A DNA stretch of 63,625 bases, counting the filler, from Folioceros fuciformis (Eukaryota), in assembly GCA_049999805.1 (NCBI GenBank). It is 22 parts of 22 records of this genome, joined end to end, with 100 filler letters (N's around TTAATTAATTAA, not from the genome) between each part and the next. Parts side by side here need not be neighbours in the genome. Positions count along the whole stretch, not along the records: positions 11,337 to 15,173 come from JBNGIO010000759.1; positions 15,274 to 16,320 come from JBNGIO010000760.1; positions 16,421 to 19,000 come from JBNGIO010000761.1; positions 19,101 to 20,251 come from JBNGIO010000762.1; positions 20,352 to 21,423 come from JBNGIO010000763.1; positions 21,524 to 23,024 come from JBNGIO010000764.1; positions 23,125 to 24,824 come from JBNGIO010000765.1; 15 more parts are not named here. The stretch is one strand, 5' to 3'. Both the position numbers and the translations under genes were made by a program. Of the stretch, positions 12,154-24,788 are shown one piece after another (within the stretch, counting starts at the first letter, position 1; each line of letters opens with the position of its first letter). Under the pieces are notes generated by a model. The model was not told the DNA's origin and ran no database searches. It saw only the letters and a list, made by a program, of their open reading frames with translations.

Positions 12154-14578
12154 CTACCTCACCATCTTTTTCTTCTTATACACAACTTCCTCCAAACCAA
12201 CATATTGTTTCAGTCTGTTCGTGCCCTCATTCTCAGCAAAAGTTTCCAACACTTGTTTCCATTGAGGTTGTTCGTTTGCCTGTGCCACTAATTGTCTCAC
12301 CTTCTGTTGAGTTTGCTCCATTATGGAGGCTATCCCAAAAGCTAAATCTGAATGCTCAAATGCGGTATTCAGCACATGCCGTTTTAATAAAATCCAACCG
12401 TTTTTCTTTTGCCATCTCCAATTCTATCTTACATATTAGTGCCACCAAGAGGTTACTAGGCAACACAATGTGTGGAGCTTCTTGATCCTGCATCCAAAAA
12501 GCCATAGCCAAGTTGTTGGTATCACTACTTTCAGTAACACACGCTCCATTTGTTCTTCCATTTTGTCTAGTTGCTGCTGCACCATCCTTGTATATGCCAA
12601 GGAGTTGTTGAACTTTCACCACATGCTTGCAGATGAAACCTTTGTTCCCCATTGGACATGAGCATGTAGCCCAAGGAGAGTAAACATGTTCAATCACATA
12701 CCACAAGTTAGGGGTTGATGAAGACAAACAATGTGCAGCAACATTTTCAGCATGTGGTAAAATAATTGAGTTAATAGAAATAGTTTCTGCACCCTTTATA
12801 GCGGTTTCCTCCAAAGCCTCCAGCTTCTTGTTATGCCTGTATCGCCCTTCTTTCGTGAAGTGCTGGTACCAATAATGTTGGGCAACCACATTCACTAATT
12901 GGTGTAGTAACCAGTCTAGTCTACAGCCAGGCAAACTTGACTTGCTAAATGCTGCACGTTCTTTTATAAATCTTTGGAATCCTTCCACAGCTAAAGTTAT
13001 ATGTTGCCCTGCATGAGGCAACATTCTAGCATTACACAACCATATATCTATAGTCTCTCCCCATTGGACCTTCATATATCTCACAAAGTCTCCTTCACGA
13101 GTTCCCCACTTATCATAAAAATTGTGTTGCATACTTCTTCCTATGGAAACACACTGTGAAGATGTGCTTGCCCCTATGACATACATAATATCCCCTAGCT
13201 CTGCCCATATTGAAATTTGATTACTTTGTGAGTGCACTTTCTTCAATAAATTCCGTCTCCACGCTTTTCGCACATGCCACAAGCATAATAATATAGGCAT
13301 ATTATGATTCCAAACTAAGCGAATAGCAAAATCTATGCCTGACAATCATCAACAAGGAATGAACTAGGTGCCCAATCCTTGTTGATCTTTTCAACCTTCT
13401 TCCGTAAAGCTGAAAGCCACATAACAAGTGACTCAGTAGTAGCATCTTTTGTAAATAGTCCATGCTACTGGAACACCGTTCAAGTAATGGTCAAAACCCA
13501 TCACAGTGAATAAGTGGTAGCGATACCACTTATTCAACCCAAAAGTTGCATCCATAGCTAGCACATTACCATTCCCATAAAGCAACATGCAATTTAACAT
13601 AAAAGGAGTTTGAATACCCAAAGCGAAAGGTTGATTCTCGCTCGATTGATGGAAGACTATAGACGCATTTTGCTCCAACCACAGGGACACTGATGTGGCA
13701 TCATCCGGGGCTAGCTTCCATTCACCAACTTCAACTTGTGTAAGTATATTGAGAACATCATATCTTTGCATATAATAATCTTTTACTAGCTCATATACCT
13801 CTGTCTGATTGTTGATTCGAGCATACAATGCATCTTGATGCCGACACATTATTTCATCAATAGGAAATTTGCAATATAGGCAATGCCTGATCCAATCCTT
13901 CTTTTCCTGTGAAAGCCATGCTGCTCTGACATCACGGGGTAAGCCTTCATACCCAGGCCCATAACATATAGCATTTGAAAGGTCAATATGCCTATGTTCA
14001 AAAAGACTAATCTCAGCAACCGTAGGCCACACGAGAAGTTTCTTCACCCTAAAATTTGCTTGGCAACCATGCTTGACACTTTATCCACGGAGGACCTTAC
14101 ACTTAGCTGTATTAGCACCACATGACACTCCCACCTCCTTTTGACGAAAGTCTTCTGAGCCGTAAGAACACCAATACCTGCAAGTCAGCCTCACAATGTT
14201 AATGCCTCCTTAAGTAATAAAAAAATTTGCATACTTCAAACCTTCTTACCTAACATATAATACAGCTGTATGCATGGTCGATACTGCAGGGCAAGGTAAA
14301 CTCCACGGCCCCTTAGAATCCTTCTTGTAGAAGTTCGTAGGATGGGAACTTATAGCACTCATTCCCCCAATAAAGTCTCCCACTCTAGAAAAGAGTATGT
14401 GAGCCACCTTCACATGTTTTTGCTGCCCTGGTGCCCTAGAATGGTCATATTGAGAAGAAACCCAGTTTAGGTCAGTATGGTTAAATAACGCTAATTTAGG
14501 AAGCTGCACCACAAAAGGTGTGTTAGTTGGTAACTCTTCTAAATTAATACAAGAACTCAAATCCATATTATTATCCAT
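12154..14578 (-). mobile_element. MULE-type DDE transposase with SWIM zinc finger, frameshifted, one intron (~14179-14250)
   Basis: Motifs LAMDATFG, FLVDD, LLCLWH, AVEGF and SWIM CSCPMGNKGFICKH; a second copy lies at 30610-32408. Confidence 0.85.
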
Positions 14579-15273
14579 AAATCACATTCTCCTATCCCAA
14601 AGAGAAAAAACCCTAATCCTAATCTCAACCTTTAACCAAAATCCCTATCCCTAATCACAAGAGCACTTGAAAGCAGAGATTGAACATGCCGCTCTAAACT
14701 CGCATCTCATGCTATGCAAATGACGGGAGTTCACATACCATAAGCTTGTGAGCCAGGGTGGTGCACTTAGAGCCTTAAACAAGTATTATTAGTAACGTGT
14801 AAGCGGGTAGGGACGAGCAGCTTTCTCATGTCCCGTGTTGGTGGTATGTAGCGCAAAGGCGTCACAACTTTTGGCCGCTTGTTCGGATTATGCATGACTC
14901 ACCATAGCATGGTGATGGGCAAGGACATACAGAGGTACATGTCGTGGCCGTGGAGGGCCGTGCGGACAAACGTGCCGGCCTTAATGGCCATCAGGTATCC
15001 ATTTGCAAGCGATGTACTCACGTACTGAGAGTAGGTTTGTTTAAATACGAAATCTCGCTAACATGAGGAACAGTTTTGCTCAATAGCCGACTACCTGTTG
15101 TTAAACTCAAGAACACTCACTCCACTCCCTCCCACCCCCCTGCCCCCCCCCCCACTCAATTCGTACTGCGCACNNNNNNNNNNNNNNNNNNNNNNNNNNN
15201 NNNNNNNNNNNNNNNNNTTAATTAATTAANNNNNNNNNNNNNNNNNNNNNNNNNNNNNNNNNNNNNNNNNNNN

Positions 15274-15620
15274 TCGGGTGTAGAACAAGACCTTGATTGG
15301 CTATGGCGATGGTATAATCGCGACGAGGCAAAGTTGTTAAACACCCCGTTACTCGTGCCAGATGCTTTGGTATTGGAAAACCCACGGAGACGAGACGTTC
15401 CTAGAAGAGATATGTATGTGGGGCCGTATAGAAGAGACTCACACGTTCGGAACGATGTTGACAGCTTCAATGGAGATGTATCAGAGATCGAAGTAGGGCA
15501 CATGATTGTCGTCCCATGCGAGACAGACGTAGACAACAGGCCTTTTTGGATCGCCAAAGTGCTGGACACGCAGAAGGAAAATGACACTCAAAATATCACA
15601 GTCCTTTGGTGGGTCACGAA
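15274..15620 (+). pseudogene. Fragment with a Tudor/SH3-like 'PFW' domain, probably a DNA transposon ORF C-terminus
   Basis: GHMIVVPCETDVDNRPFWIAKV...ITVLWW is homologous to 46494-46700. Confidence 0.45.
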
Positions 15621-16177
15621 ATCCTTAGGTAGATGGCGGCGATGGCAGCAGCCCGGGGGAGCTCCTTGACAGGGGAGGATCTAGGAGACGAGCAGATCCG
15701 GGCCGAGGGCGAGACCGGGCAGTGGCGGTTGTGGCAGAAGGTAGACCCGACCACAACAGGTGCCGAATCGGCGGCTGCTGTGGAGGGGACAACCAGGCCA
15801 AGCCATGGCGACTTTGGAGCTGGCCGTCGGTGGCCATCCAGGCTGGTGTAGGTCGCGAATGGGCAGCTAGCAGGGGATCGGCAGCAACTGGGGTCCAGGC
15901 TGCACCAAGCGAGCCGAGGAGACGATGGATCCAGGTTCCAGGTAGGCGCTGCCATCGGCTGGTATCGGTTAGATGGTGTTGGGGTAGATTTGGGCAGCCA
16001 GCGTGGGTCGGTGGAAGGTGCAGGGTTGCCTGTGGTGCAGTCGATTTCGTAGTTCTTGCGAAAAGCTGCAGCATGTTTTCAGTGCTCGCCATGGGGGAAA
16101 GAGCTGGACCATGGCAAGAAGCCACCAGGCAATGGCGGTGCTAGATCTGCCGGCATGGCTGGCCGATCTAAAGCAAG

Positions 16178-16320
16178 TGTGGAGGCAAAACCCCGGGCAC
16201 TGATTGCCGAAGGGTCCCACCTTTAGTGGCCACACTTATCCCACTGTCGTTGAGACATTGGGTTTCGTTCCCACGAAGGAGCGATGGGGTTCCTTGCTGC
16301 TGTGGATGGAGGGTCGGACT
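16178..16320 (-). mobile_element. LTR family A terminus
   Basis: TGTGGAGGCAAAACCCCGGGCACTG..., matches the copy at 10445. Confidence 0.85.
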
Positions 16321-16420
16321 NNNNNNNNNNNNNNNNNNNNNNNNNNNNNNNNNNNNNNNNNNNNTTAATTAATTAANNNNNNNNNNNNNNNNNNNNNNNN
16401 NNNNNNNNNNNNNNNNNNNN

Positions 16421-16484
16421 GGATAAGTGTGGCCACTAAACGTGGAACCCGTTGGCAATTAGTGCCCGGGGTTTTGCCTCCACA
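16421..16484 (+). mobile_element. LTR family A terminus abutting gypsy pol
   Basis: Reverse complement of the first ~64 nt of the 10445 copy; ends CCTCCACA. Confidence 0.8.
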
Positions 16485-19000
16485 GTGAGACCCCCACGGA
16501 AACGGAGGGGTGTACGTCCGTAGGAGACACAGCTGATTTGGAGGGGGAGGAAGGGGAAGACAAATTCCCATTTTCTCACATCTCATGGACAGATGAAGTG
16601 GAGGACTACCGAAGGGATATTCCTTATTCCCTGAATTGGGTGGAGTGTTTTGGGCTCACCTTGGACTGCACCATGGTAGGGGCTAAAGCAGCAAACGTGG
16701 AAGGGCAGGCTGGTGAGGTTGCTGAAGGGAAGGGCCAGGAAAAAGCTCCACATGCCAAGGGGGTTGTGAAGGAAGGGGAGATGATGGAAGGGGGCTGTGA
16801 CCCAAGGCCTGATGGGCCTGGTAGTGATGACCCGGAGGTCACAAGGTTCACCTCCGAGGACCTATTGAGAGAATGGGGAATGAGGGAGGAAGATCCCCGG
16901 GAGCCGGAGGAGGGGTTTGGAGTCAGCTCAGCACCGGTGGAGCGTGAATGGGTGCAGGCTGATGAAATCAAGGATGTGGAGGTACTGCCGGGCAAGGTCC
17001 TGAAGTTTGCAAAACAGCTAGATGCCACATTGGAGGAGGGAATGAAGCAACTCTTGGCTGAGTTCATCGATGTGTTTGCCTTTGAGGTGACGGACATGAA
17101 GGGAATTCCCAAAGAATGGGGGGAGCACTAGATTGACTTGGAACTCGGAGCTGTCCTCGTCTGAATTCCACAATAAAAGTTGAATCCAAAGTACTCCATG
17201 AAGGTAAAGGAACAACTGGAGCAGTGCTTGAAGGCAGATGTGATTTTTCCCTTTGTGAATTCAGAGTGGGTGGCCCCAATCGTGGTGGTGCCCAAGAAAT
17301 AGCCTAGTAAGATTCGGGTGTGCCAAGACTGGAGGAGGCTGAACAAGGCCACCAAGAAGGATCATTTCCCTTTACCATTCATTGACAACATCCTGGATTT
17401 GGTAGCTGGCCGCATGATGTACTCCTTTTTGGATGGCTACTTCGGTTACAATCAGTTGTCCCTAAGGGAGAGTGACTGGCCATTGACAGCCTTCACAACT
17501 GATTGGGGAACATTTGCCTACAAGAGGAGTGCATTTGGGCTGACAGGAGCACCGGGGTCCTTTATGCGCAGCATGTACAAGATCTTCAAGGATTTCCTCC
17601 ACAAGTTCCTAGAGGTGTTCATAGATGACTTTTGCGTGTCTTGAGGAGTGGAGTAACATCTGGAGCGCCTAAGGCTATGCTTGGCCAGGTGCCGTGAGAC
17701 ACGGCTTTGTTTGCATCTGAAGAAGTGCTATTTTGGTGTCTGATTTTTTAGGCATGGGGGAATTTCCAGTTGATCTCACACGGCAGCAGCAGCTGCTATT
17801 CTTGTACTTCACAAGGCTGGTGGTTAAGTACAAGGGCAAGCTATATCGCACAGGAGCTGATGGCGTAGAGAGGTTGTGGGTCAAACCTGGCCAAGTGGAG
17901 CAAGTTATCAGCTCCCTACATGAGGGAGAGGCTGGAGGCCATTATGCAGCCCATGTGACCTGTAGAAAAATTCTGGCAGCAGGGTATTAGTGGCCAACAA
18001 TGCATGCTGATGCTGGAGAATTCATCAAGAGGTGTGATGCATGCCAAAGGATGGGGAAGCCTACTAGGACCATACAATGGCCATTGGTCCCCATCCTAGC
18101 CCTAGCACCATTTGAGAAGTGGGGGATTGATTTTGTAGGACCAATTCAGCCCAAGTCTAAGGGAAGGCAAAACCAATACATCCTGGTGGCAACTGACTAT
18201 TGCACACGCATGATGGAGGCCCAAGCTTTGCCCGTGGACATAGCAAATGTGGTGGCCCAATTTTTGTTTGAGCAAATCATCATAAGGTATGGGTGCCCGT
18301 TGGAGCTGGTGAGTGATAGGGGGACTCACTTCATCAATGAAGTAGTCAAGCACATGACTGAATATTTCAATATTAGTCATAGGAAGACCACTTCCTACAA
18401 CCCTAAGGCCAATGGACTCACGGAGAAGGCTAATGGGCTTTGTGCAAGATTCTCAGCAAGCTCACCGTCACCTATGCTCATGATTGGGATAGGAAGCTCC
18501 ATTCAGCCTTGTGGGTGTATAGGGCTGCTGAGAAGGTTACTACCCAGCAGACCCCTTATTACCTCACCTATGGACACTCACCGATCATGCCCATCAAATT
18601 TGAGGTACCTACCTTGAGAATGCAGGAGAGCAATCGATTGCCCGTGGAGGAGAGCCAGCTGGAGAGGCTAACCAGTTTTGTGCAGCATGATGAGGATAGG
18701 GAACGGGCCTTGGCTGTTTTCCTTGATGTTCAAGAGAGGAGGAAGAAGTGGTACGACCAGAAGTTGCGTAAACAAGAGTATGTTGTGCCTGGAGATTTAG
18801 CCTTGTTATATAACAGTAGGTACATGCACTTTCCAGGTAAGCTGCACTTGAGATGGATGGGACCTTACAGGGTGTTGGAAGTGTATGAGAATGGGTCCAT
18901 CCAACTGCAGCACCTCAACGGCCCTAACTTACCAACTAGGGATAATGGCTGAAGGGTGAAGAAATATTATCAGTAGTTGGCGAGGACGCCAACAAATGAG
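16485..19000 (+). mobile_element. Ty3/gypsy pol pseudogene (RT + integrase; RNase H region missing)
   Basis: RT motifs KKDHFPLPFID, SFLDGYFGYNQ, VFIDDF; integrase GGHY, CDACQ, FEKWGIDFVGP, LVSDRGTHF, GKLHLRWMGPY; in-frame stops and frameshifts. Confidence 0.92.
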
Positions 19001-19100
19001 NNNNNNNNNNNNNNNNNNNNNNNNNNNNNNNNNNNNNNNNNNNNTTAATTAATTAANNNNNNNNNNNNNNNNNNNNNNNNNNNNNNNNNNNNNNNNNNNN

Positions 19101-19418
19101 GGCTCCCGCAGTGAAGTGGAGTGCGAGTATGCAGATTCCCAGCATCATCCCAGCAAGCCATTCATGTTCCCTGAGACTAATGACTACCTGGAAGAGACGA
19201 AGATTGTAGCTGTGAGTAGCATGCTCAATCCAGGTACTCCTATTTGGTATCGCTGCCGTTTTAGCCGCTTGGTGATGAAGCGCGTGAAGGTTCAGCCCTG
19301 CAAAGAATTTCCCGGCCACATGATCAGCTACTATCGTGAGTCATGTCCTCGTTTACATTTGTGTGCGAAGCCTGCCATCTTTGCAGACTCCTGTATGCCT
19401 TTCTCCCACTGTTTCTAA
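19101..19418 (+). CDS. Antisense ORF of unknown function 3' of copia pol (5'-truncated by contig edge)
   Basis: Open from the contig edge (GSRSEVECEY...); protein similarity to 38598-39350. Confidence 0.5.
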   Translation, partial: GSRSEVECEYADSQHHPSKPFMFPETNDYLEETKIVAVSSMLNPGTPIWYRCRFSRLVMKRVKVQPCKEFPGHMISYYRESCPRLHLCAKPAIFADSCMPFSHCF

Positions 19419-19692
19419 CATTGTTGTGCTGCTGTCTCCAGGTTCCGAGCTCAGGCTGCAAGAAGAAGTCCGCCTTGTTTCTCTCTAGAAAGGATCTCAT
19501 ATGAGGAGAGACGCAGACGTAACAGCCCACGCTCGGATGAGAGTTTCACCACCTACAACGAACCGGAGACTGAGTTTTCCAGTTCGAGCAGTGATGCTGG
19601 CAATTCTCCCAAAACTCCTGATTCGCGTCAGGAGGAAGACAGTAACAATTTCAGCTCGCATTACAGCTGGGATTAGGCATAGCATTTGCTTT

Positions 19693-20251
19693 TCAGACTT
19701 GTTGTGGCTGGAGGAGGTCCTCCGACTTCCCTAGGCCTAGCCTCTTGACATGTTTGTGCAGATCTCTTCCTAAAGCTTTGGTAAGGATGTCTGCTGGGTT
19801 TTCTGCTGTTGGTACATATTCCAGAACAATTTTGCCTGCCTGAACAAGCTCTCTGATGAAGTGGTACTCCACTTCTATGTGTTTAGTCCTTGAGTGAAAG
19901 ATCGAATTTTTAGCTAAGTTCATTGAGCCCTGGCTGTTAGTGTTTATGATTGTACAGGTGGGCAGATCAATCCCTATCTCCTTGAACAGCAGCTTAAGCC
20001 GTTTAACTTCCTTTGCAGCTGCTGTCAACACTCGATACTCTGCTTCCGTGCTGGATGTCGCTACTGTGGGCTGCTTCTTACTGCTCCAACAGATAGGACC
20101 ACCAGCAAAGCTCACCACATATCCTGACACAGACCTCCTAGAGTCCACATCCCCAGCATAATCTGAGTCTGTAAAAACCTCTAGGTCAAGAGCTTCACTG
20201 CTATGCTGGTATTTGAGTCCAACATCGAATGTTCCTTTCAAGTATCTGAAG
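19693..20251 (-). mobile_element. Ty1/copia RT end + RNase H
   Basis: FTDSDYAGD, SRRSVSGY, WSSKKQ, SSTEAEY, RTKHIEVEYHFIRE, ADILTKAL. Confidence 0.95.
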
Positions 20252-20351
20252 NNNNNNNNNNNNNNNNNNNNNNNNNNNNNNNNNNNNNNNNNNNNTTAAT
20301 TAATTAANNNNNNNNNNNNNNNNNNNNNNNNNNNNNNNNNNNNNNNNNNNN

Positions 20352-23024
20352 TCTAGCGCCGCCCCTGGCTTGGGTGTGCCTGTGCTGCCACCCTTCCTGC
20401 TAAACTCCGGATCCAGTCCCGTCTACCATCAAGCCGGGCGCCGGCCTAGCTTCGGGATCTGCCCCCAAGCACCCTACCGGGCCCCTTACCATACAGGGCT
20501 GTCGGATTGGCTGCTTGCAGCCTGTTCCGCTGGCCGGCCGCTGATGGCCGGCTCAGCCTCTGCTGACCCGGCCCAAGTCCACCCCGGCCAGCTCCTACAA
20601 GCTGGGCGGCTGGCCTGCTAGCAGCCCGACCTGGTCAGCCGCTTTAGGCTGCACACCGACCTCCCATCTTCAAGGATTTGGCTCAGTAGGCGCCCACCCT
20701 TTCCCAGATCCTGTGTAGCCAGCCACCCGCCGGCTTAGATTCGTTGTCATGCCGCCTGTCAATACGGCCCCCTGGCTGGCTGGATCCACCAACTACCAGT
20801 TGCCGCCAATCGCATATCCGGCCAGGCCGACCGAAGCCACTGCCTGGATCTAGCTACCTGCAGCGCAACGCCTTGCTGCATCCCCGCTTGGACGCCCGCA
20901 GTTGTTGATTTTACAGCCATTGGAGAGGTGCCGCCACCCAGCCTATCCAGGACCTTATACCATTGCCCGCGCCTGGCTGGTCTGCCTCCTGAATCTCATG
21001 CTACCGCAGCCTCGGAGCGCCCTGCCGACCAAGACCCGGCTGCTGCTGACCGCTTGCCAACCTCCAGATCCAGCCCCGATCTCGACCAGCTTGGATCCGC
21101 CCAGCCAGGCCAGCCAGCCGGCTCGTCAGCTGGCTGCTCCTTTGCGCTCCAGGCTGCCTGGCACCAGTCATGAGCAGCCACAGCCAGCCCGGACTCCGAG
21201 ATGGGCCGCTTACCCTTCAGCTGGCTTGCCACCGACATGCCCGGCCTCCTGCCCTCCTGAACTTGGCCAGAAGCTAGCCCAACAGACCCGCCCGCAGCCT
21301 GCCTGTAGCTAGGCCAGGCTGGGCTGCGGCCAGGCTCCTCAGTAGCCAGCCGACCAACTCAGCTGCCCAGCTCAGCTCCAGCCCGCGCTCCAGCAGCCCG
21401 CCATCACCAGTCGATTCCAAGCCNNNNNNNNNNNNNNNNNNNNNNNNNNNNNNNNNNNNNNNNNNNNTTAATTAATTAANNNNNNNNNNNNNNNNNNNNN
21501 NNNNNNNNNNNNNNNNNNNNNNNCAGACTCCTCACCACCATCTCCAGCCAGCAACCCCCTTGTTCGGCCAAGCATCACGGCTCATCTCGGTTGCTCGTGG
21601 CCGGCCATTCGCCTGGCTAAGACAGCTAGCCATGCCACTAGCCCAACCCCCCTCAGATCCACTTGTCCCGCTTGCCCAACCAACTGGCCAGAGGCCCCTA
21701 GCTGCCAGGTCGCCCCAGCCAGTGGATCCGCACCCCGATCGGCCCCTGACCGCCTAGCTGCTGCTTAGCAGCTGGTCATTGCTAAGCCGGCCCCCCTGCT
21801 ACTCGTCTTGCCAATCCAATTAGGCGCCCACTTGCCATGCTGATGGGCCAGGCTGCCTGCCTGCCTGCTTGCTGCCTGGCGGGATCCGCCTGCCAGCCTT
21901 TGCCCTACAGCCAGCCGACCTGCTAGGCCCAACTAGGACCCGAGCTTGGATCCTACCTTGGCCTACTACACCTGCGGATCCAACGCCACTTGCCTGGCCT
22001 GGATCCGGTGCCACCGCTTGCCTCCAGCTACTGCCAACACAGCTAGCCGACCAGCCAGGCCACCAGCCTGGCTACTGAATCGGGCAGCCAACTCGCTGCG
22101 TCCCGATCTGCCCCTTTAGTCGGCAGGCAACTGCCTGGCTAGCGCTCCACCTACCAGCCTTACCTGCCAGCAGCACGGCGTGTAACAGCCCGAGGCCCGC
22201 CTACCCATTCTAATTTCCACCCCTACCAGGCTACCTGTCTGTTGGCGACACCGATCCACCAGCCCCCCCGGCTAGCCCGTCTACCAAACCCGGATCGCCT
22301 GCAGCTCGGCCGCACCCCTTGTAGTGGCCCCACCTAGCCGATCAGCCAGAACGCTGCCTGGCTCCAGCCGTGGCTAGCCGTTTCACCAGCCACCAACTTC
22401 CTTGGCTCGCTCTTGGCTAGATCCGATGCCCACTCGGCCTAGTTCCGACTCCGAGCTGCTACAACCAACCCGACTGATCACTTCACGAGATCTCGGCTAC
22501 TTGACTAGCTTCAGGACCCGACCCCAGCTGCCAATGCCTGCTGCTGCCTGAGAGCTGGCCAAGCCGTTGCCTGGATTCGCCTCAGCCCGTACACCAGTCA
22601 GCAGGTTGCCTCCCCGGATCCACCTAGCGAGTTGGCTTGCTGGATCCGGCCTGTAAGGCCGCATCCAGCCCGCCACCAGCCAGCAGCTGTGGCCAACCGC
22701 CCCGACAGCCAGCTTTCCTGCTAGCCTGCCGCCGACCTGAGCCTCCCTTGCTGGCCAGCACGGCCTGGATTAGCCCAAGGCTCGTATGGCTTCGATCCAG
22801 AGCTGTCTCAGACTGTCTAGCCTTGCCACTCTAGCTGCAGCCAGGCCGGCCCTTGTCTGGCTAAAACCAAACCCACCAGGCCTGCTAAGGCTTGGCTGCC
22901 TTCCCCGGCCAGGCGGCTACCTGGCTGCCCGACTGGATCTGCCTACCAGCCAGGCCACACACCGTCCTCCTGGCCAATTTGCTCAGGCCGCCCACCTGCT
23001 CGGCCTGCCTGTGTTGGGCTGGAC
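20352..23024. other. GC-rich, strongly C-skewed low-complexity repeat-like sequence (two contigs)
   Basis: Recurring CCAGCC, CTAGCC, GGATCC and CTGCC words with no credible ORF; similar sequence at 36298-36800. Confidence 0.5.
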
Positions 23025-23124
23025 NNNNNNNNNNNNNNNNNNNNNNNNNNNNNNNNNNNNNNNNNNNNTTAATTAATTAANNNNNNNNNNNNNNNNNNNN
23101 NNNNNNNNNNNNNNNNNNNNNNNN

Positions 23125-24788
23125 AGTTCCAGGGGTGTGGTTGCTCTGTGAGCTGGTCCAGTAGGAAATGGCTGTTCCTTCTTCTTAGCCAGGGCACAGG
23201 TCTCACAAAGAGGGAGCTCTTTCAAACATGTTGGAATGGGCTCTCTGTAGTAGTCACTCTTACTAAGGGAGGACAGAACCTTGCGATTTAGATGACCAAG
23301 CCTAGCATGCCATAGAATAGACTGCTGCTTAGCCGAAAGGGTTCCTACACTTGTAGAGTTGACTTCTTGTTTGCTTCCTGGAAGACAGGTGAAGTCCAGA
23401 CGATACAGGTCATTCTCAGGCAGAGCCCTAAAGACACATATGGAAGGGGAGTCTATCCGAGAGAAACAGCAGTAATGCTCGTGAGCTGTTAGCTGGAAAA
23501 TCTTGAGCTGAAAAAGTTTGCTGAGAGACAGCAAATTCTTGGCCATGCTTGGAACATACAAGTCGTCTGGAAGAGCAAGCGTAGACCCATCACTTAGCCT
23601 AAATGTGCAGGACCCCTGTCCTAGAATTCGTAGGCTAGTGCTATTCCGTTCATCTCCCAAGTAGACTATGTCTACACTAGAGGAGGGGGTCAATGTCGTG
23701 AAGAGGGATTCCTCACGACATATATGGGCAGTAGCCCCAGAGCCAAATACCAGGCTGCCTTGTCACCTGTGAGAGTGGATAGGCAGATGGTTAGAATTTT
23801 AACCACCGGTTTGTTGGAATCTGCAGGTCTATCTTGAACAACAGAACTAGTAGAAGGACGAGGAGTCTTGCGAGGCTCCCCGGCCTTCTTCTTCCTGCAT
23901 TCATTGGCCCAATGACCAGGTTTGCCACACCAATTGCAGCTTCCAGGACGTTTTGTTGAAGGACCTGCGTGATTGCGTTGCCCTTTGTTTCTATTTCCTT
24001 GTTGTGAATTCTGTATCTTTGTTTTATCCTTATATGCTCCTCTGCCACGGAATGCAGTAAGCACTGTCAACTTTGGCTTTCCCAGTCCCTGACATGAGCC
24101 TGCTCTGCTCTTCCTGGAAAAGGGCACCTATAACCTCGTCTAAGGTAATAGTAATTTGTCTCCCAGCAGCATCGGCAGCTATAGCCTGTCGGATGGGGAC
24201 ATTGTGGGCAGATACAAAAGTCTGGTAACTTGGTGGCAGGCTGGTGAGCAACTGAGCAATCACGTCCACCTCATCCATCACTGTACCAAGGGAAGTAAGT
24301 TGTGCTCGAAGATGTCTAAGTTTGCTAGTGTGAGCAAGAACTTTGTCACCCTCTCGCATCTTAAGTCCATAGAATTCTGTGCGTAATGCACATAGTGTAA
24401 GGACATTACTGACTTTGTACTGGCTCTCTAACTGGGACCAAATTTCACTAGCCTTGGTTAGAAATTCTATAGGAGGAATGAGATCCTCTGTCAGGCCAGA
24501 AACAAGAAGGGCTATACCTATGCTGTTTGCATGAGCCCACTTATCCTTATCTGCTTGAATGGCAGTTGCAGGTGGCTCAGGAATAGAGCCATCTACAATA
24601 CCCCAGACTCCTCTAGCCAACAATGTCGACTTCATCCGCACTCTCCACACCTCGTACTTCTGACCATTAAACCTGTCTTTTTCTTTGAGTTCAGATGTGA
24701 AGACAGGGTTGTAAGGGCCAGGAGGACCAGGAAGTGAAAGAGAGGGCGGAGGTGGAGGAGGGGGAAGGGGAGGATTAATGTTAGACAT
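23125..24788 (-). mobile_element. Ty1/copia gag-protease-GAG-pre-integrase pseudogene
   Basis: gag FNGQKYEVWRVRMK, zinc knuckle CNWCGKPGHWANEC, LYVPSMAKNLLS, LWHARLGH...CETC; frameshifts. Confidence 0.92.
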
